Of a stretch of DNA of 64,000 bases, positions 50,501 through 63,275 are shown in pieces (position 1 is the first letter of the stretch; every line of letters begins with the position of its first letter). The notes beneath the pieces are model-generated. The model made no database searches and was not told the origin of the DNA. It was given only the letters and a program-made list of their open reading frames with translations. Position numbers and translations under genes: made by a program. Origin of the DNA: Macrostomum lignano (taxonomy: Eukaryota); NCBI GenBank assembly GCA_002269645.1, contig NIVC01001396.1:124001-188000 (forward strand), read 5' to 3'.

Positions 50501-53500
50501 TAGAAATTATTCAGCACACAAGTGTGCTAATTGATTTCCTGTCCCATGTAAATACTATCTATATAAGCCTAATAAGTAAGAGATAGCAGAATAAAATTAA
50601 AACAAGATAATTATATTTAGAAACTGGTTGACATTATTATAACCTAAAGACAATTTAATTTTAAGGTTGATAAAAAATGAAAACCTAACTAGAGCTTAAT
50701 ATCTCATATTTCTACTAATTATACTATTAAGTAGGCCCATCTATCCAAATCCTATTTGGAACTTATATTAACATATATTAACTCATATATTCTTAAGTGC
50801 ATTGCAGATACGAGTAAAGTAGATTAAGTCACTTATGCTATTGATTTGATTTGTATTTAGACAAATTTAGTCACCTATTTTCTGACTTTTGGTTTTAGAC
50901 TGATGTCTTTATAGACTTGTAAGGCCATATTTAAGGATTAAATTGAAAGCTCCAAATATCAACTTTAGCAAAGAATACTGTATTGTAATAATATATGTAT
51001 ATATCTGACAGAGGGGTGTCTGACGAAATATAGGACTGTGCTCACTGCTCATTTCTATTCATGTATATCATGAAAATTCATTTCATACTAGAAAGAGCAA
51101 CTATCAATTAGTCTATGGCTAAAGCCTCTGCTTAAAAACTAAAGGTCTCACTTTGCAGCACTTGAAAACATTTCATACCCATATCCTAGCCCTACTGAAA
51201 TTTCTTGATCTGAGAAAATGGTTCAACAGCGAGATATCGTTATCGATTTCTACAAAGCTGGAAAGTCTGCGATGGAGTGTCTTTGCCACCTGCAGGCAAT
51301 CTACCAAGATAATGCCTTGTCTAGAAGCCAGGTCTATTACATCTATGACCAACTGCGCTTTGGCCACGATGGTTCTGATAGACGTGGAAAGAACAAGGAC
51401 CCGACTGTCAGGACCCCAGCAAACATTGAGATTGTTGCTCGTCTGATTGAGGAGGACAGGCGTCTCACTGTCAGGGAGCTCTCAGATGAATCTGGGATTC
51501 CCAAGACAACTATTCATGAGATTCTTGTCCATGACCTGCAGCTCAAGCATGTGTCAGCCAGGTGGGTGCCTCACCTGCTCACGGAAGAAAACTGCAGGGA
51601 GGGCACATGCTGTGCTCACAACTTCTTTCGCATGATGCGAAGTGAGCCGGGCTTTCTGCAGCGAATAATCACTGCTGATGAAACCTGGCTTTACTATGTG
51701 ACTCCGGAAACCAAGAACCAATCCAAGCAGTGGGTGCCAATGCCCCTACAAAGGCCCAGGTGTCCCGCAGTGCCAAGAAAACAATGGCCATCTCTCTTGT
51801 TAACTGATTAGCTTTATGCTACTGTCATTGGCTAATTTAGCCTTTTTAAAGATAACCTTGAGCTATTCATTCATAGAAAAGTCAGCTAGATTCAATAATT
51901 ATTTGTAATAAATTCATTGAACTTATATCTGTTTTGGTGATTTTCTAGTATATAGTAAGAACATAACAATCCCAAAAATGGGGAGAATTAGAAATCTATA
52001 TAGAATAGAAGTCATCAATTTAGTCATCTATAATAAATTACTTTAAGTAGCATTTTTCAACCAAAAATTATACATTTAAATGCTCATCAAAAAGTAGAAA
52101 TGCACTAAACATATTAAAATAAAGCTTATATATCCCTTTCCGATACTTTTTTAAAGATACATTATGATCATTGAAACAAATTTTAATTTGAAATTTTAGA
52201 CATGTATATCAAGGATGTTGAAACAGATGTTACTGCTGCAACAGGCAATCCAGTCATATTGAAGGAAGGCCCATCAACAGGTTTAGTTGATGGTCAAAAC
52301 CTATTGGGACCAGTTGTTGGCAAGTTTGCTATGCAGCTAGCTATTGACAAGGCTAAACAATCTGGAGTTGGCTGGGTTGTAGCTAATAACTCAAATCATT
52401 TTGGCATTGCTGGTAAGTTCGACTTTACTTTCTGTAGTCTTACTAGGTATTCTAAACATTATTTATTTTCTGCAAAATTTCTAGCAAAACCTTCACTATA
52501 CTACTTTCAAGGCAATAAGTATTCACAAATGAGTATAGTAGTTCTGGAGTTATTAAGGCTTTTGTCAGCCAAATTGATAGTTAAGAGAATTCCCATTTCG
52601 ATGAGTTGGTAATTCGGCCATGGCCATAGACATTAGCACAAAGAATGATCCCAGCAACCATTTTTTCATATAAATCATGCTTAAACCAAGGACTTCTAAA
52701 TCAATCAGGACTATGGATGAAATCTTATAGATATATCGCAAACAATCCAAAGAGCAAAGATTTCTGGAGTAGACACAGAAGGAAGGGTAAGAGTATTGAA
52801 ATAAAAAGATTTCTTTCCAAGCTTTGGTTCAGGGCACTCAGTTCACTTACACAATCCAACTTCAAATGACGAGACTCCATCTAGGCTATCCACTGACAGA
52901 TTCTTCCAGTTTATTGAAGGCATTTTGATTTTATGTTCTCTCTTGCTTCTCTCTTATATATTCATTTTCGACTGATTTTCTACCATCACTCTTCAATGAT
53001 CTTTTGATCAAGTATGGTAACTTCAGGGCACTTTGATTACGTCCCTTTTTAGTCATAGCAGCATCTTTGAGCCACTATGATGCGATCTGTCATCTTCTAT
53101 AACAGATTTGAGTTTTGAATTATGTAAACAAAGTGAGTCTATAGATAAATGCCTATGGCAAGACGGAATCTACTTCTGCACGAATGATGTAGTCATTAAA
53201 TTACTATGAGTGCACAAATGGATTGGCGCACGCTTGAAATATCTATTATGTCTATGGTCAGAAGTGGGTTCTGAAAATGCTAAATACGATGGCTTTGATC
53301 AAGGAGTTCTATAATTAGCAACCTGGAGTGGAAGCGAGTTTTACCTCATGAGGCCACGTCAATTGTAAAGATAAGGAGCCAGCACTGATATATTCCTGCA
53401 CGGTCACGAGTGCGGGAATGACATCTGCACGAGTGCGCGCTAGCGCACGAGTGCACGATGTCCTTCACGCACGAGTGACCGTGAAGGAATTCCATTGTCG

Positions 53501-56324
53501 GATGATTCATCGTGCAGGAATGCACAAAACCGTGCAGGAATGCATTTCTGCGCCTAATGCTTTTTCAGTGAGATTTTACCATAGACATCCATTCCTGCAC
53601 GCAAAAGAGTGCAAGAATGCCATTCTTGCATGGAAAATCAGCCGACAATGAATGTCTATGGCTTTGGCTGACTCTGCCTATGCTAGTCTGGCCTCCTGAG
53701 GTAAAACTGAAAAACTCGTTTCCACTCCAGGCTGCTAATTATAGAACTCCTTGGCTTTCATTATCTGGCCTCTAGCGGTTGTTGGGGCCATAGACATTTT
53801 AATCGTGCAATAGTCAGGCTTGATTGGTATAACCTCTAAAAACCCCTGCACAATAATACAAAGAAGGTAGAAGCGCATTTCCCCTCAGAAATGGCATATT
53901 ATTTAACAGATCGTTGTTGTCTTATTGCTACTTGCAGGCTGGTACGCCATGGAAGCCAGTAGTGAAGGTCTTTTGGGCATGGCTTTCACCAACGCGTCGC
54001 CTTTGTTAGTTCCAACTCGAGCTGTCAATCCGGCACTTGGCACTAATCCGATCAGTTTAGCCGCACCGAATGGGCAAGAGCCATTCGTACTAGACATGGC
54101 TACCTCAGCTGTAGCTCTTGGCAAAGTTGAAATTCAACATAGGCGCGGCGAACCGCTGCCGCCTGGTTGGGCCCTGGATGCCCAGGGTCGAGGCACCACC
54201 GATGCTGCAGTTGGCATGCAAGGTCGCTTATTTCCATTGGGTGGTCCCGAGGAAACCAGTAAGTAAAATAATAGTCCGCTAAGTCAGTATTTTACCGTGA
54301 CCTTTTTAAACTGGCGGGGCAAATATCTGTGTCTGTTAATAGTTGATAGAAAATGTACTTGATAACTTATGTACTTGATACTTCTGCTGGATTTTCTGCA
54401 GTATCAACAAAGGGTTCGTCTCAATTAGACTTGGGGCTCTCGAGCAACTTGCCTTGGCGATTGCCACCCTTTCGCAGGCGATCTTCAACGCGCTGATGGA
54501 TGCTGTAAACCATATTTTATTTTACATTTAGCAACCTTGCAATGTCCTTTGTGTGTTCACCTCTGTCAAGTGCTTCGATCACAAGCCAATGACATTGGTT
54601 TAACAGCCCAGCACATGGTCCACTATTCTGGGGCTGGTCTTTTGCTTCTCCGCAGCAGTTGCAAATGAAGCTATATGGACCAAATTGATGCTTGTTGGAG
54701 CAAGTTTAATGCTGCCGTGTCAGCCTGACTTCAGACTGACTTTTCTGAAATTAGCTGCTCTGTGTCCTAAATTTAATGCTTTACTTGTACCTATGCTGCT
54801 GAGACTCTAAACGAAAGTAGAAACATTGGCTGTGATTATATGCTTGATGTACATTAACATTCCATTATGGAGACCTTTATCTTTTGTTAATTTTTAACGT
54901 TTAAAGGTGGCTACAAAGGCTATGGATTGGCTTGTTTAGTTGAGATTTTCTGCGGCTTACTCAGCGACGCGAACTGGGGCCAGCACATACGCAAATGGAA
55001 GACCCACGAGCGGAAGGCTAATTTAGTAAGGCTAAAATGTACTTTTAATTAAGTTTCCTGTATGCTTCTAACTGTATTTGTTCCCGCATTTTCAGGGCCA
55101 GTGCTTTATAGCAATCAATCCTAGCATGTTTGCGGACGGATTCGAGAATCGAATGAGCCAATTTGTGCACGATTTTCGATCTATGCAACCAGTGAGTAAT
55201 CTAGCTGATTGACTACACCTTTTTGCGACATTTTTGCTTGGTTTGACCAAGCTTCATTATTTGGTTTGCTTGGTTTGGCGGTCTGTTGACATAGAAGGAA
55301 CAACATCTGGATCTGTGCACAGCGAACGAAGCACGCTGTGTAGAAAAATCTATGTACACAATTGATACGTCCTGTTCACAGTGACACCAGGAAACTGGGT
55401 TTGACAAAAAAGCGACAAAACTTGGACTTTAGTCCAATAAAGTGGATATCCACATAGAGACTCCACTTTCTTGTTCTCCCCTATCACAAGTCCACTTTGT
55501 GAGCATAAGTTGACAGGCCATTTCCAAAGTTGAAGGCATGTCTAACCGAAAAAATGTACATCAAAGTGAAATTCAATCACTAAAACCACTGTAGTGATTG
55601 GGAAAGGTGCGAATGCGTCATGTCTAAGAATAAATAGTCTTGTAGTTCTGTATTTTTCCATTTCTTTATTTACTTTAGTCCGATCCCGACAAGCCAGTTC
55701 TGATTGCTGGAGATCCCGAACGAGCTCATATGAGCAGGTGCGAACAGTTAGGCGGAGTGCCTTATCATGACAGGCAGCTAGAACATCTGGTAAGTTTTGT
55801 GTTACAAGACAGTTGAAATTTGAATTTTCTTAATTTTATCTACAGGAAACTATCTAGACTACTGTACATCTCTGGCTCAATGTGATGTCTCTGAAAGTTT
55901 TGCTTTATTGCAAAACCTTTACTTCTAAAATATATCCAAACTTAATTAAATATGCGGAGTCAGAGTGAGTTGTCACGCAAAAAATCTGAACTCAAATGCA
56001 AGTTTTTGTCATGAGGCTTAGATTTAGAAACCTCTCCAGTGCAAAGCCTTAGCAATGAGAGAAGAAGAAGACTCTCGTGTATGGACGAGTTTACTTTTTA
56101 GTTCTTAGGCCTACGGGCCTCTCTGGCTGAGCTTAATCCAAGCTAGCAAACAACACGGACTTAGAAATAGGTACATCTCTCTATCATATCTGATTCAATT
56201 TTTAGATTTAGCCTAAAGCAAAGATTTGAAAGCACGAAATATTACTTGCTTACTTTAGAGAATTTTACACTTGCAGAATGACGTGGCCAAACAGCTCGAT
56301 GTGGATCCGCTGAAATGTGTTTAG
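47561..56324 (+). CDS. Type 2 malate/L-lactate dehydrogenase family (Ldh_2, YjmC/AllD-like) oxidoreductase. Exons 47561-47714, 52200-52412, 53938-54258, 54907-55025, 55096-55191, 55679-55789, 56277-56324
   Basis: Motifs ADYRGHYSHGLNRLDMY, VDGQNLLGPVVG.FAM..AI.KAK..GVG.V...NSNHFGIAG.Y, FTNASP, LGTNPI..AAP, LDMATS.VA.GK, GGYKGYGL-like SGYKGYGL, PVLIAGDPE. All junctions are in phase. Confidence 0.94.
49700..50450 (-). mobile_element. Heavily decayed Merlin/ISXO2-like DDE transposase relic in Ldh_2 intron 1
   Basis: Manual minus-strand translation gives GDWF..., SMINWQKF, KVEINKSYF (compare VEIDESKF), YNQG...WVL..VEHGTHKYILVAMPNQSATL (compare YNRG..WVFG.IERGT..C.LV.VP.RSA.TL), with many stops and frameshifts. 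Confidence 0.6.
51010..51815 (+). mobile_element. Truncated mariner (IS630-Tc1-mariner) transposon; transposase fragment 51218-51811
   Basis: N-terminal HTH, DRRLTVREL, WVPHLL linker motif and ITADETW (first catalytic D), followed by a frameshift or truncation. A TIR-like GAGGGGTGTC lies at about 51012. Confidence 0.88.
53248..53797. mobile_element. MITE-like element with terminal ATGTCTATGG...CCATAGACAT and subterminal inverted repeats of about 55 bp
   Basis: 53300-53356 (caaggagttctataattagcaacctggagtggaagcgagttttacctcatgaggcc) is reverse-complementary to 53690-53753. Confidence 0.75.
54420..54590 (-). mobile_element. Tc1-like transposase N-terminal HTH fragment
   Basis: Manual translation LVIEALDRGEHTKDIARLLNVK*NMVYSIHQR..RLRKGGNRQGKL resembles a paired-type HTH of Tc1-family transposases. 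Confidence 0.5.
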
Positions 56325-56700
56325 CTGCTGCTTCTGACAGAAATAAAACATTATTTTAGCGCTTTTATTTATTTTTGCTAATATATAACACTATATTCTA
56401 GCTTTATTGAGAGGTGATAAGTTTTCCCCTATTTTCAACAAGTTAGCTGTTTAGAGAATATTGTGAAACATTATTTGATTTTCTTGTACCTACGGTGTTG
56501 CATTTTTGCGTCTTATAATTTTAAATCATGTAATTTGATGTCTTTTAAAGATGTACTAACTTGCCTTCATCAATAGTACCTTGATCTAAATTGTAGTTAA
56601 ATTTAGTCATTCAAAATATATTTGCTTACCCCGTGCTAAAACAGTTTATTGATGAAATATATCCACAATGTTTAAAGATTTTTTTAATATTGTTATTTGG

Positions 56701-57020
56701 TAATAATAATAAGTATAATAATTGATTACACCTGCCCTAATGGCCAGATGTGCAACCGACAGCTCAGCCGCAGCTATTGCGCGGCGCATCTGAAGGCTGC
56801 GTGACGGCTGTTCAGTCCAAGGACTGGGGGGTCGCCACACACACACCCTCAATTACCCCAGCTAATGCTGGCACCCATTTTACAGCTGGGTGAACTGAAG
56901 CAATGCAGAGTTAAGTATCTTGCTCAAGGACACAAATTTTTCCACGTTGGGTTGAGAAGAATCGAACCCCCGATTTTCAAGTCGTGAGTCCGACGCTCTG
57001 ACAACTAGGCTAGGACCCCC
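56701..57020 (-). mobile_element. Apparently full-length tRNA/CORE-type SINE with an (ATT)n tail
   Basis: The reverse complement reads GGGGTCCTAGCCTAGTTG..GGTTCGATTC..TGTGTCCTTGAGCAAGATACTTAACTCTGCATTGCTTCAGTTCACCCAGCTGTAAAATGGGT..., then an ATT-repeat tail. Homologous to 1902-2130. Confidence 0.88.
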
Positions 57021-60000
57021 TCACTAGACTACAACCTCTCACTAGACTACAACCCCCTCACTAGGCTATAACCCCCTCGCTAGACTACAACCCCCTCGCT
57101 AGACTACAACCCCCTCGCTAGGCTACAACCCCCTCACTAGGCTATAACCCCCTCGCTAGACTACAACCCCCTCGCTAGACTACAACCCCCTCGCTAGGCT
57201 ACAACCCCCTCTAGACTACAACCCCCTCGCTAGGCTACAACCCCCTCTAGGCTACAACCCCCTCACTAGACTACAACCCCCTCTAGGCTACAACCCCCTC
57301 ACTAGACTACAACCCCTCTAGGCTACAACCCCCTCACTAGACTACAACCCCTCTAGGCTACAACCCACTCACTAGACTACAACCCCCTAACTAGACTACA
57401 ACCCCTCTAGGCTAAACCCCCTCACTAGACTACAACCCCCTTTAGGCTACAGCCCCCCTCAATAGACTACAACCCCTTCACTAGACTACAATCCCCTCAC
57501 TAGACTACAACCCCCCTCTAGGCTACAACCCCCTCTAGGCTACAACCCCCTCGCTAGGCTACAACCCCCTTAAGGCTACAGCCCCCTCACTAGACTACAA
57601 CCCCTCTAGGCTACAACCCCCTCACTAGACTACAACCCTTCTAGGCTACAACCCCCTCACTAGACTACAACCCCCTAACTAGACTACAACCCCTCTAGGC
57701 TACAACCCCCTCACTAGACTACAACCCCCTTTAGTCTACAGCCCCCCTCAATAGACTACAACCCCCTCACTAGACTACAACCCCCTTTAGTCTACAGCCC
57801 CCCTCAATAGACTACAACCCCCTCACTAGACTACAACCCCCTCACTAGACTACAACCCCCCTCTAGGCTACAACCCCCTCTAGGCTACAACCCCCTCGCT
57901 AGGCTACAACCCCCTTAAGGCTACAGGCCCCTCACTAGGCTACAACCCCCTCACTAGACTACAACCCCCTCACTAGACTACAACCCCCTCTAGGCTACAA
58001 CCCCCTCTAGGCTACAACCCCCTCGCTAGGCTACAACTCCCTTAAGGCTACAGCCCCCTCACTAGGCTACAACCCCCTCACTAGACTACAACCCCCTCAC
58101 TAGACTACAACCCCTCACTAGACTACAACCCCCTCACTAGACTACAACACCCTCACTAGACTACAACCCCTCTAGGCTACAACCCCCTGACTAGACTACA
58201 ACCCCCTCTAGGCCACAGCCCCCTAACTAGACTACAACCCCTCTAGGCTACAACCTCCTCACTAGACTACAACCCCCTTTAGGCTACAGCCCCCCTCACT
58301 AGACTACAACCCCCTCACTAGACTACAACCCCCTCGCTAGGCTACAACCCCCTCGCTAGACTACAACCCCCTCTAGACTACAACCCCCTCGCTAGGCTAC
58401 AACCCCCTCACAAGACTACAACCCCCTTTAGGCTACAGCCCCCGTCACTAGGCTACAACCCCCCAACCCCCTCACTAGACTACAACCCCTCACTAGACTA
58501 CAACCCCCTCACTAGACTACAACTCCCTCACTAGGCTACAACCCCCTCGTTAGACTACAATCCCCTCGCTAGGCTACAACCCCTCTAGGCTACAACCCCC
58601 TCACTAGACTACAACCCTTCTAGGCTACAACCCCCTCACTAGACTACAACCCCCTAACTAGACTACAACCCCTCTAGGCTACAACCCCCTCACTAGACTA
58701 CAACCCCCTTTAGTCTACAGCCCCCCTCAATAGACTACAACCCCCTCACTAGACTACAACCCCCTCACTAGACTACAACCCCCCTCTAGGCTACAACCCC
58801 CTCTAGGCTACAACCCCCTCGCTAGGCTACAACCCCCTTAAGGCTACAGGCCCCTCACTAGGCTACAACCCCTCACTAGACTACAACCCCCTCACTAGAC
58901 TACAACCCCCCTCTAGGCTACAACCCCCTCTAGGCTACAACCCCCTCGCTAGGCTACAACTCCCTTAAGGCTACAGCCCCCTCACTAGGCTACAACCCCC
59001 TCACTAGACTACAACCCCCTCACTAGACTACAACCCCTCTAGGCTACAACCCCCTCACTAGACTACAACACCCTCACTAGACTACAACCCCTCTAGGCTA
59101 CAACCCCCTGACTAGACTACAACCCCCTGACTATACTACAACCCCCTCTAGGCCACAGCCCCCTAACTAGACTACAACCCCTCTAGGCTACAACCTCCTC
59201 ACTAGACTACAACCCCCTTTAGGCTACAGCCCCCCTCACTAGACTACAACCCCCTCACTAGACTACAACCCCCTCGCTAGGCTACAACCCCCTCGCTAGA
59301 CTACAACCCCCTCTAGACTACAACCCCCTCGCTAGGCTACAACCCCCTCACAAGACTACAACCCCCTTTAGGCTACAGCCCCCGTCACTAGGCTACAACC
59401 CCCAACCCCCTCACTAGACTACAACCCCTCACTAGACTACAACCCCCTCACTAGACTACAACTCCCTCACTAGGCTACAACCCCCTCGTTAGACTACAAT
59501 CCCCTCGCTAGGCTACAACCCCCTCTAGACTACAACCCCCTCGCTAGGCTACAACCCCCTCACTAGACTACAACCCCCTCACTAGACTACAACCCCTCTA
59601 GGCTACAACCCCCTCACTAGACTACAACCCCCTCACTAGGCTATAACCCCCTCGCTAGACTACAACCCCCTCGCTAGACTACAACCCCCTCGCTAGGCTA
59701 CAACCCCCTCACTAGGCTATAACCCCCTCGCTAGACTACAACCCCCTCGCTAGACTACAACCCCCTCGCTAGGCTACAACCCCCTCTAGACTACAACCCC
59801 CTCGCTAGGCTACAACCCCCTCTAGGCTACAACCCCCTCACTAGACTACAACCCCCTCTAGGCTACAACCCCCTCACTAGACTACAACCCCTCTAGGCTA
59901 CAACCCCCTCACTAGACTACAACCCCTCTAGGCTACAACCCCCTCACTAGACTACAACCCCCTAACTAGACTACAACCCCTCTAGGCTACAACCCCCTCA

Positions 60001-63000
60001 CTAGACTACAACCCCCTTTAGGCTACAGCCCCCCTCAATAGACTACAACCCCTTCACTAGACTACAATCCTCTCACTAGACTACAACCCCCCCTCTAGGC
60101 TACAACCCCCTCTAGGCTACAACCCCCTCGCTAGGCTACAACCCCCTTAAGGCTACAGCCCCCTCACTAGACTACAACCCCTCTAGGCTACAACCCCCTC
60201 ACTAGACTACAACCCTTCTAGGCTACAACCCCCTCACTAGACTACAACCCCCTAACTAGACTACAACCCCTCTAGGCTACAACCCCCTCACTAGACTACA
60301 ACCCCCTTTAGTCTACAGCCCCCCTCAATAGACTACAACCCCCTCACTAGACTACAACCCCCTCACTAGACTACAACCCCCCCTCTAGGCTACAACCCCC
60401 TCTAGGCTACAACCCCCTCGCTAGGCTACAACCCCCTTAAGGCTACAGGCCCCTCACTAGGCTACAACCCCCTCACTAGACTACAACCCCCTCACTAGAC
60501 TACAACCCCCCTCTAGGCTACAACCCCCTCTAGGCTACAACCCCCTCGCTAGGCTACAACTCCCTTAAGGCTACAGCCCCCTCACTAGGCTACAACCCCC
60601 TCACTAGACTACAACCCCCTCACTAGACTACAACCCCTCACTAGACTACAACCCCCTCACTAGACTACAACACCCTCACTAGACTACAACCCCTCTAGGC
60701 TACAACCCCCTGACTAGACTACAACCCCCTCTAGGCCACAGCCCCCTAACTAGACTACAACCCCTCTAGGCTACAACCTCCTCACTAGACTACAACCCCC
60801 TTTAGGCTACAGCCCCCCTCACTAGACTACAACCCCCTCACTAGACTACAACCCCCTCGCTAGGCTACAACCCCCTCGCTAGACTACAACCCCCTCTAGA
60901 CTACAACCCCCTCGCTAGGCTACAACCCCCTCACAAGACTACAACCCCCTTTAGGCTACAGCCCCCGTCACTAGGCTACAACCCCCCAACCCCCTCACTA
61001 GACTACAACCCCTCACTAGACTACAACCCCCTCACTAGACTACAACTCCCTCACTAGGCTACAACCCCCTCGTTAGACTACAATCCCCTCGCTAGGCTAC
61101 AACCCCCTCTAGACTACAACCCCCTCGCTAGGCTACAACCCCCTCACTAGACTACAACCCCCTCACTAGACTACAACCCCTCTAGGCTACAACCCCCTCA
61201 CTAGACTACAACCCCCTCACTAGGCTATAACCCCCTCGCTAGACTACAACCCCCTCGCTAGACTACAACCCCCTCGCTAGGCTACAACCCCCTCACTAGG
61301 CTATAACCCCCTCGCTAGGCTACAACCCCCTCTAGACTACAACCCCCTTCGCTAGGCTACAACCCCCTCTAGGCTACAACCCCCTCACTAGACTACAACC
61401 CTCTCTAGGCTACAACCCCCTCACTAGACTACAACCCCTCTAGGCTACAACCCCCTCACTAGACTACAACCCCCTAACTAGACTACAACCCCTCTAGGCT
61501 TCAACCCCCTCACTAGACTACAACCCCCTTTAGGCTACAGCCCCCCTCAATAGACTACAACCCCTTCACTAGACTACAATCCCCTCACTAGACTACAACC
61601 CCCCCTCTAGGCTACAACCCCCTCTAGGCTACAACCCCCTCGCTAGGCTACAACCCCCTTAAGGCTACAGCCCCCTCACTAGACTACAACCCCTCTAGGC
61701 TACAACCCCCTCACTAGACTACAACCCTTCTAGGCTACAACCCCCTCACTAGACTACAACCCCCTAACTAGACTACAACCCCTCTAGGCTACAACCCCCT
61801 CACTAAACTACAACCCCCTTTAGTCTACAGCCCCCCTAAATAGACTACAACCCCCTCACTAGACTACAACCCCCTCACTAGACTACAACCCCCCCCCTCT
61901 AGGCTACAACCCCCTCTAGGCTACAACCCCCTCGCTAGGCTACAACCCCCTTAAGGCTACAGGCCCCTCACTAGGCTACAACCCCCTCACTAGACTACAA
62001 CCCCCTCACTAGACTACAACCCCCTCGCTAGGCTACAACCCCCTCTAGACTACAACCCCCTCGCTAGGCTACAACCCCCTCTAGGCTACAACCCCCTCAC
62101 TAGACTACAACCCCCTCTAGGCTACAACCCCCTCACTAGACTACAACCCCTCTAGGCTACAACCCCCTCACTAGACTACAACCCCTCTAGGCTACAACCC
62201 CCTCACTAGACTACAACCCCCTAACTAGACTACAACCCCTCTAGGCTACAACCCCCTCACTAGACTACAACCCCCTTTAGGCTACAGCCCCCCTCAATAG
62301 ACTACAACCCCTTCACTAGACTACAATCCCCTCACTAGACTACAACCCCCCCTCTAGGCTACAACCCCCTCTAGGCTACAACCCCCTCGCTAGGCTACAA
62401 CCCCCTTAAGGCTACAGCCCCCTCACTAGACTACAACCCCTCTAGGCTACAACCCCCTCACTAGACTACAACCCTTCTAGGCTACAACCCCCTCACTAGA
62501 CTACAACCCCCTAACTAGACTACAACCCCTCTAGGCTACAACCCCCTCACTAGACTACAACCCCCTTTAGTCTACAGCCCCCCTCAATAGACTACAACCC
62601 CCTCACTAGACTACAACCCCCTCACTAGACTACAACCCCCCTCTAGGCTACAACCCCCTCTAGGCTACAACCCCCTCGCTAGGCTACAACCCCCTTAAGG
62701 CTACAGGCCCCTCACTAGGCTACAACCCCCTCACTAGACTACAACCCCCTCACTAGACTACAACCCCCCTCTAGGCTACAACCCCCTCTAGGCTACAACC
62801 CCCTCGCTAGGCTACAACTCCCTTAAGGCTACAGCCCCCTCACTAGGCTACAACCCCCTCACTAGACTACAACCCCCTCTAGACTACAACCCCCTCGCTA
62901 GGCTACAACCCCCTCACAAGACTACAACCCCCTTTAGGCTACAGCCCCCGTCACTAGGCTACAACCCCCCAACCCCCTCACTAGACTACAACTCCCTCAC

Positions 63001-63275
63001 TAGGCTACAACCCCCTCGTTAGACTACAATCCCCTCGCTAGGCTACAACCCCCTCTAGACTACAACCCCCTCGCTAGGCTACAACCCCCTCACTAGACTA
63101 CAACCCCCTCACTAGACTACAACCCCTCTAGGCTACAACCCCCTCACTAGACTACAACCCCCTAACTAGACTACAACCCCTCTAGGCTACAACCCCCTCA
63201 CTAGACTACAACCCCCTGACTAGACTACAACCCCTTCTAGGCTACAGCCCCCTGACTAGACTACAACCACCTTTA
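57015..63275 (-). repeat. About 6.2-kb 17-21-bp satellite (CTAG[G/A]CTACAACCCCCT[CA/CG])n, contiguous with the SINE 5' end
   Basis: Direct reading. The reverse complement AGGGGGTTGTAGCCTAG(TG) matches the SINE head GG[A/G]TC[G/C]TAGCCTAGT. Confidence 0.96.

Noticed and set aside
57015-63275. Telomeric or subtelomeric repeat
   Set aside because: The unit is 17-21 bp, not TTAGGG; unique sequence resumes at about 63280; it matches the SINE head better.
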